DNA from: Amoebophrya sp. A120
Taxonomy: Eukaryota > Protista > Dinoflagellata
NCBI GenBank assembly: GCA_905178155.1
Contig: CAJINV010000019.1
Location: 1,248,493 to 1,312,492 of the forward strand
Length of the DNA stretch: 64,000 nt
Direction of reading: 5' to 3'
The position numbers and the translations under genes are program-made. Of this stretch, positions 61,201 to 64,000 are shown in pieces. Positions within the stretch are counted from its first letter, which is position 1; each line of letters begins with the position of its first letter. A model generated the notes under the pieces. It ran no database searches, had not been told where the DNA came from, and saw only the letters and a program-made list of their open reading frames with translations.

Positions 61201-64000
61201 ACAAGGAAACGGACAGTTCGAAATCGATGGATTTGTGGGAAAAGTTCACGGCGAGCGAAGAACAAGAGTACGGGGAACTGCTGCTAGTCCAATTCTTGGT
61301 CGGGAGTTTGGTCTTACTCGTCGCGATTCTCTGGCTCCAGGGGGTACACGTGGTCGTGTTTGAAAAGATCCGGCGGTTTGTGATGGAGAATATCGTGGAC
61401 CGGTGGATGGGGAACATCAAAGGGGAAAAGAGTGTGAAATCAGCTGCTGATAAAAAAGAACAAAATGAAAATCCATCCGCAGAAACTACAGAAGTTCCTG
61501 CGCAAGAAGAGCATCCTCAACCAGCAATCACAATTCAAGAACGCATTTCGTCTAAAGAAACCCCGATATTACAATGAAAAATGCCCCCACCCCCGAATCG
61601 TTGGGAGCATTTGTATTGCAAACCTTTCCAAATGAAACATTCGCCCTCTTGCATCTATCAGCATCACAGCTTTCCAATCGTGAATAGCAAAAATTTGTAT
61701 TGCAAAGGACCCCAGCAAGAGCGGCGCTTGTCATGCAAGCGAGGCGATACACGCCTAGACTCTGCATCAGACAAATTCATACACCTTTCATGCATGACAA
61801 AAAGTTCTCAGTTGGAAACTTCGCATCACAAATTTTCGCATCGTTGGGGGTGGGGGCATTTTTCACTGTAATACCCGACGAAAGAAGTTCTGGCGAATCT
61901 CTCGGCGGACCAGAAAATCGATTCCGATGTGCGGGTATCAAATGCAGAAATGTCTGGGTCTGGAAGGATCCGAACTTGTGATGCGCATTTTAGAACACAG
62001 AAAAATCTCTCATGCATAGGCAGCAAAAGCTGCCCACTTTCTGTCGCCAAAATGGGGGACTTGTCATGCGGATTCGGCATTGCGGAAGCTTCTCGAAAAC
62101 TGTGATGCTACAGCTTCCATGCCAGACCTTCTGTGTCATGCAAAAACAGCGTGACTTATTTTCCAGACCCAGACATTTTTACATTTGATAGCGGGAGGAA
62201 GCCGAGCGGATTCTGAAGTCCGATATCGCCGCAATGAGGCTCGCCGCGAACGACAGTTTTGAGGAAGATGACAGCAATGTGCTTTATTCCGATGCTGCTG
62301 CTGACCCCTCGACATCGAAAGCAAGAGTCGATGCGATTCAATTGCGAAACATCTACAAGCAGTACCCGGACGGGAAAAAAGCGGTAAATGGGGTCTCGTT
62401 CGGCGTGAAGAAAGGCGAGTGCTTCGGCCTGCTCGGCCCGAACGGCGCGGGCAAAACGTCGTGCATCAACCTCGTGTGCGGGCTGCAGAAATTGTCGAAG
62501 GGCTCGATTGTGGTGTCTGGGTACGAAATTTCCGCGGCGAGAACGAGGAAAAGCTCTACTTCACAAGGCGATTTTTTAAACGGCTTGCAAAGTAGAACTT
62601 CCGGCGACGCGTCCCTTTCCCAACTGTCACAGTACCTTGGTGTTTGTCCGCAATTTGACTGTGTTTGGAACGATCTCACGGTCGAGGAACATCTCGCTTT
62701 GTACGCAAGGATCAAGGGCATTTCGGGGTACAAACAGAAAGTCTTGGTGCGCAACGTCGCGGAATCTGTCGCGTTGGAGGGGGACGCTTTCAGAAAACTT
62801 GCTTCCGAACTTTCCGGGGGCATGCGGCGGAGATTGTCCCTCGCAATTTCGTTGGTCACGAACCCCGCCGTTCTGATCCTCGATGAACCCACCACCGGCC
62901 TAGACCCGGACACCCGCGCGGGCTTGTGGCAGGTGATTGCGAATGAGTCGAAGAAGCGGGCGGTGGTCTTGACGACACACAGTATGGAGGAAGCGGACGC
63001 ACTGTGTGAGAGGATTGGGATTATGTGCAGCGGAAAATTGAAGTGTGTGGGAACCCCTTTGCACTTGAAGAACAAATTTGGGAACGTATCCTATTTAAAA
63101 ACGTCCTCCTCCCCACCCCATTATAGTTGTCATGCAGATTTGCATCTACAGAAAAATCTGTAATGGACCCCCAGGATCAGGTAGACGAGGTCCCAGACCG
63201 AAGTGGTAGGCGCTTAGGGTGAACTATGTATGTAGCGCTTAGGGCCCTTCCGTACGGCCAATTTGTATGCCCGCAACGGGGTTCGCCTAAGTCGGTCATT
63301 TGTATGCAAGGCGTTGGGTTACCCGGTCGGCAGAGCCGATCCACAACGAAGGAACATTCGCAAGAGGAAGGGCGGAATTTGTATTCGTGTTCTGGGATGT
63401 GTAATGCTGTAAACAGGATGAGCAGGCTTCTTTGTGATGCGGCTGTCCTTGCTAAACAGCACTACAATACAGATGGAAACTTGTCATGCATAACTTCCAA
63501 AACTTGGAGACTTGTGTTGCAGATTTACCAACTTGGCGATGGGGTGGGGACGTTTTTACTCAGGATAGATCGGGTACATGCTCACAATCGCTTTGAACTA
63601 CGCGTCGAGTGAGCAAATGTCGCTGCTTATCAAGTGTAAAAATGTCTGGGTCTGGAAGATTCTGAGACTTGTCATGCATGTTTTGCATTGGCCAGGATGT
63701 CTGTGATGCATGCCCTAGCATCACAGATTTTTTGAGGGCTTCGCGATGCCTACTCCGCATGACAAATGTCCTCTCCGCGTAGCAAAAATTGCATTCTCTT
63801 TGCTGCTCATGCAATACAGATTTTTTTGGAATCCAAATTCAGCATCACAAGTTGCATTCTTCCAGACCCAGACACTTTTACATTTGATACTGCTGAAGCA
63901 GAAGGAGGTTCAACAGAACAGAATCTTGGCGTTCCTGAAGAACCAGTGCAAGCTGTCGACGGTTTTCCCGATCGAGAGTCGGGGGGTGTTACTGCAGTTT
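49297..64000 (+). CDS. Full-size ABCA-family ABC transporter, running off the window end; 21 introners and no canonical introns seen
   Basis: Two TMD-NBD halves. First half: IVREKRNGTLKLMRVMGL, GHNGAGKST, YSGGMQRRL, FLDEPTTGLDP, TTHSMEEAD, STLEEVF. Second half: YEKRFGLLEMMRIQSL, GPNGAGKT, LSGGMRRRL, ILDEPTTGLDP. The frame is continuous after removing each element plus 5 nt. The start could be 49297 or 49357. Confidence 0.93.
50689..50999. mobile_element. Introner family G
   Basis: tatggatgtgtcaggtttgaaatcgtcaaagttgaaa...tttcaactttgacgatttcaaacctgacgcttccata; DR cgctg/cgctg. Confidence 0.95.
51125..51270. mobile_element. Introner family E
   Basis: Family E TIR; DR cctgc/cctgc. Confidence 0.93.
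51328..51606. mobile_element. Introner family B
   Basis: Family B TIR; DR gtggg/gtgga. Confidence 0.95.
51839..52107. mobile_element. Introner family A
   Basis: Family A TIR; DR tccgg/tccgc. Confidence 0.93.
52158..52366. mobile_element. Introner family H
   Basis: tatcgcaagaagaaactgtatcactgtga...tcacagtgaaacagctttttcgtgggata; DR cgtct/agtcc. Confidence 0.92.
53616..53824. mobile_element. Introner family H (reverse complement of 52158)
   Basis: tatcccacgaaaaaactgtttcactgtga...ttttgcgata; DR ggggt/ggggt. Confidence 0.95.
53973..54252. mobile_element. Introner family B (opposite orientation to 19364/56130)
   Basis: Family B TIR; DR aacgg/gacgg. Confidence 0.95.
56130..56409. mobile_element. 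Introner family B
   Basis: Family B TIR; DR tttca/tttca. Confidence 0.95.
56454..56757. mobile_element. Introner family D (opposite orientation to 28415/61567)
   Basis: tattacagtgaaaaatgccccc...ggggcgtttttcattgtaata; DR ccaga/ccaga. Confidence 0.95.
56840..56992. mobile_element. Introner family E
   Basis: Family E TIR; DR cagtt/cagtt. Confidence 0.95.
57075..57326. mobile_element. Introner family A
   Basis: Family A TIR; DR aacta/aacta. Confidence 0.95.
57415..57693. mobile_element. Introner family B (opposite orientation to 24634)
   Basis: Family B TIR; DR tctgc/tctgc. Confidence 0.95.
57926..58139. mobile_element. Introner, singleton
   Basis: tatgcaagaaaaaaactgtgtaagtg...cacttacgcattttttttcctggata-like end; DR agggg/agggg. 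Confidence 0.92.
58854..59094. mobile_element. Introner family A (similar to 19698)
   Basis: Family A TIR; DR gcccg/tcccg. Confidence 0.93.
59583..59838. mobile_element. Introner family A (opposite orientation to 21509)
   Basis: Family A TIR with 3' end mutated to ...tttggca; DR cctct/cctct. Confidence 0.92.
59924..60247. mobile_element. Introner family F
   Basis: Family F TIR; DR cgttg/cgttg. Confidence 0.95.
60299..60553. mobile_element. Introner, singleton with long TIR
   Basis: tatgacccgctcagacgttacaatctcaactgttacaatagaatctgg...ccagattctattgtaacgtttgagattgtaacacctgagcaggctata; DR ctgcc/ctgcc. Confidence 0.95.
61567..61873. mobile_element. Introner family D
   Basis: Family D TIR; DR cccga/cccga. 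Confidence 0.95.
61936..62190. mobile_element. Introner family A
   Basis: Family A TIR; DR gcggg/gcggg. Confidence 0.95.
63087..63567. mobile_element. Introner family B carrying a ~200-bp internal insertion
   Basis: Family B TIR; DR gaacg/gatcg; 481 bp versus ~280 bp for most other B copies. Confidence 0.9.
63628..63889. mobile_element. Introner family A (similar to 26105)
   Basis: Family A TIR; DR ctgct/ctgct. Confidence 0.95.

Noticed and set aside
62353-63075. Long minus-strand ORFs (also 33462-34097, 36987-37742, 4350-5150)
   Set aside because: These are antisense shadows of real + strand coding exons, with no independent motifs.
19058-63572. Excess of third-codon-position differences between DR copies as evidence that both copies are coding
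   Set aside because: 10 of 18 mismatches (excluding the fully decayed 20350 site) are at third positions. That is about what is expected if one copy drifts freely and the other changes only synonymously.
19527-63814. Many short ORFs sharing peptides such as CKNVWVWK, FQTQTFLHL, LPDPDIF and MSGSG as a gene family
   Set aside because: They are translations of the family A TIR in different frames, not proteins.
19364-63889. Recurring ~28-bp sequences (gtctgggtctgg, tatcctgagtaaaaacg) as a CRISPR or REP array
   Set aside because: They are paired inverted termini of dispersed 150-480 bp elements inside eukaryotic exons; there is no repeat-spacer periodicity and no cas gene.
18726-64000. Fragmented genes as TE-disrupted pseudogenes
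   Set aside because: No stops or frameshifts remain after removing element plus 5 nt, catalytic motifs are intact, and even strongly decayed elements preserve frame.
1-64000. Dinoflagellate spliced-leader relics, tRNA or rRNA genes
   Set aside because: No convincing match was seen by eye; covariance-model searches would be needed to exclude them.

Overview
Eukaryotic (protist) genomic DNA, not prokaryotic. All eight genes I can reconstruct lie on the + strand. From 18.7 kb to the end, seven genes are broken by 46 short (146-481 bp) non-autonomous inverted-repeat elements that behave as introns (introners): ankyrin protein, ~2000-aa ependymin/LolA-fold-like repeat protein, F-box-like/MYND protein, HAD phosphoserine phosphatase, Zn alcohol dehydrogenase, alpha/beta hydrolase and an ABCA transporter. 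Every element starts TAT and nearly all end ATA. Each has terminal inverted repeats (TIRs) and a 5-bp direct repeat (DR), perfect in 32 of 46. Removing the element plus one DR copy restores the reading frame in every case. Most junctions are not GT-AG, several families occur in both orientations in sense-strand genes, and unrelated TIR families share an internal GCAT[GCT]ACA motif. This matches what has been described for the parasitic dinoflagellate relative Amoebophrya (organism assignment is inference). The first 16.5 kb has no introners. It holds a large gene (or genes) with canonical GT-AG introns, mostly phase 0, encoding at least eight copies of an unrecognised Cys-spaced domain. Gene models were spliced by hand, and no database searches were run.
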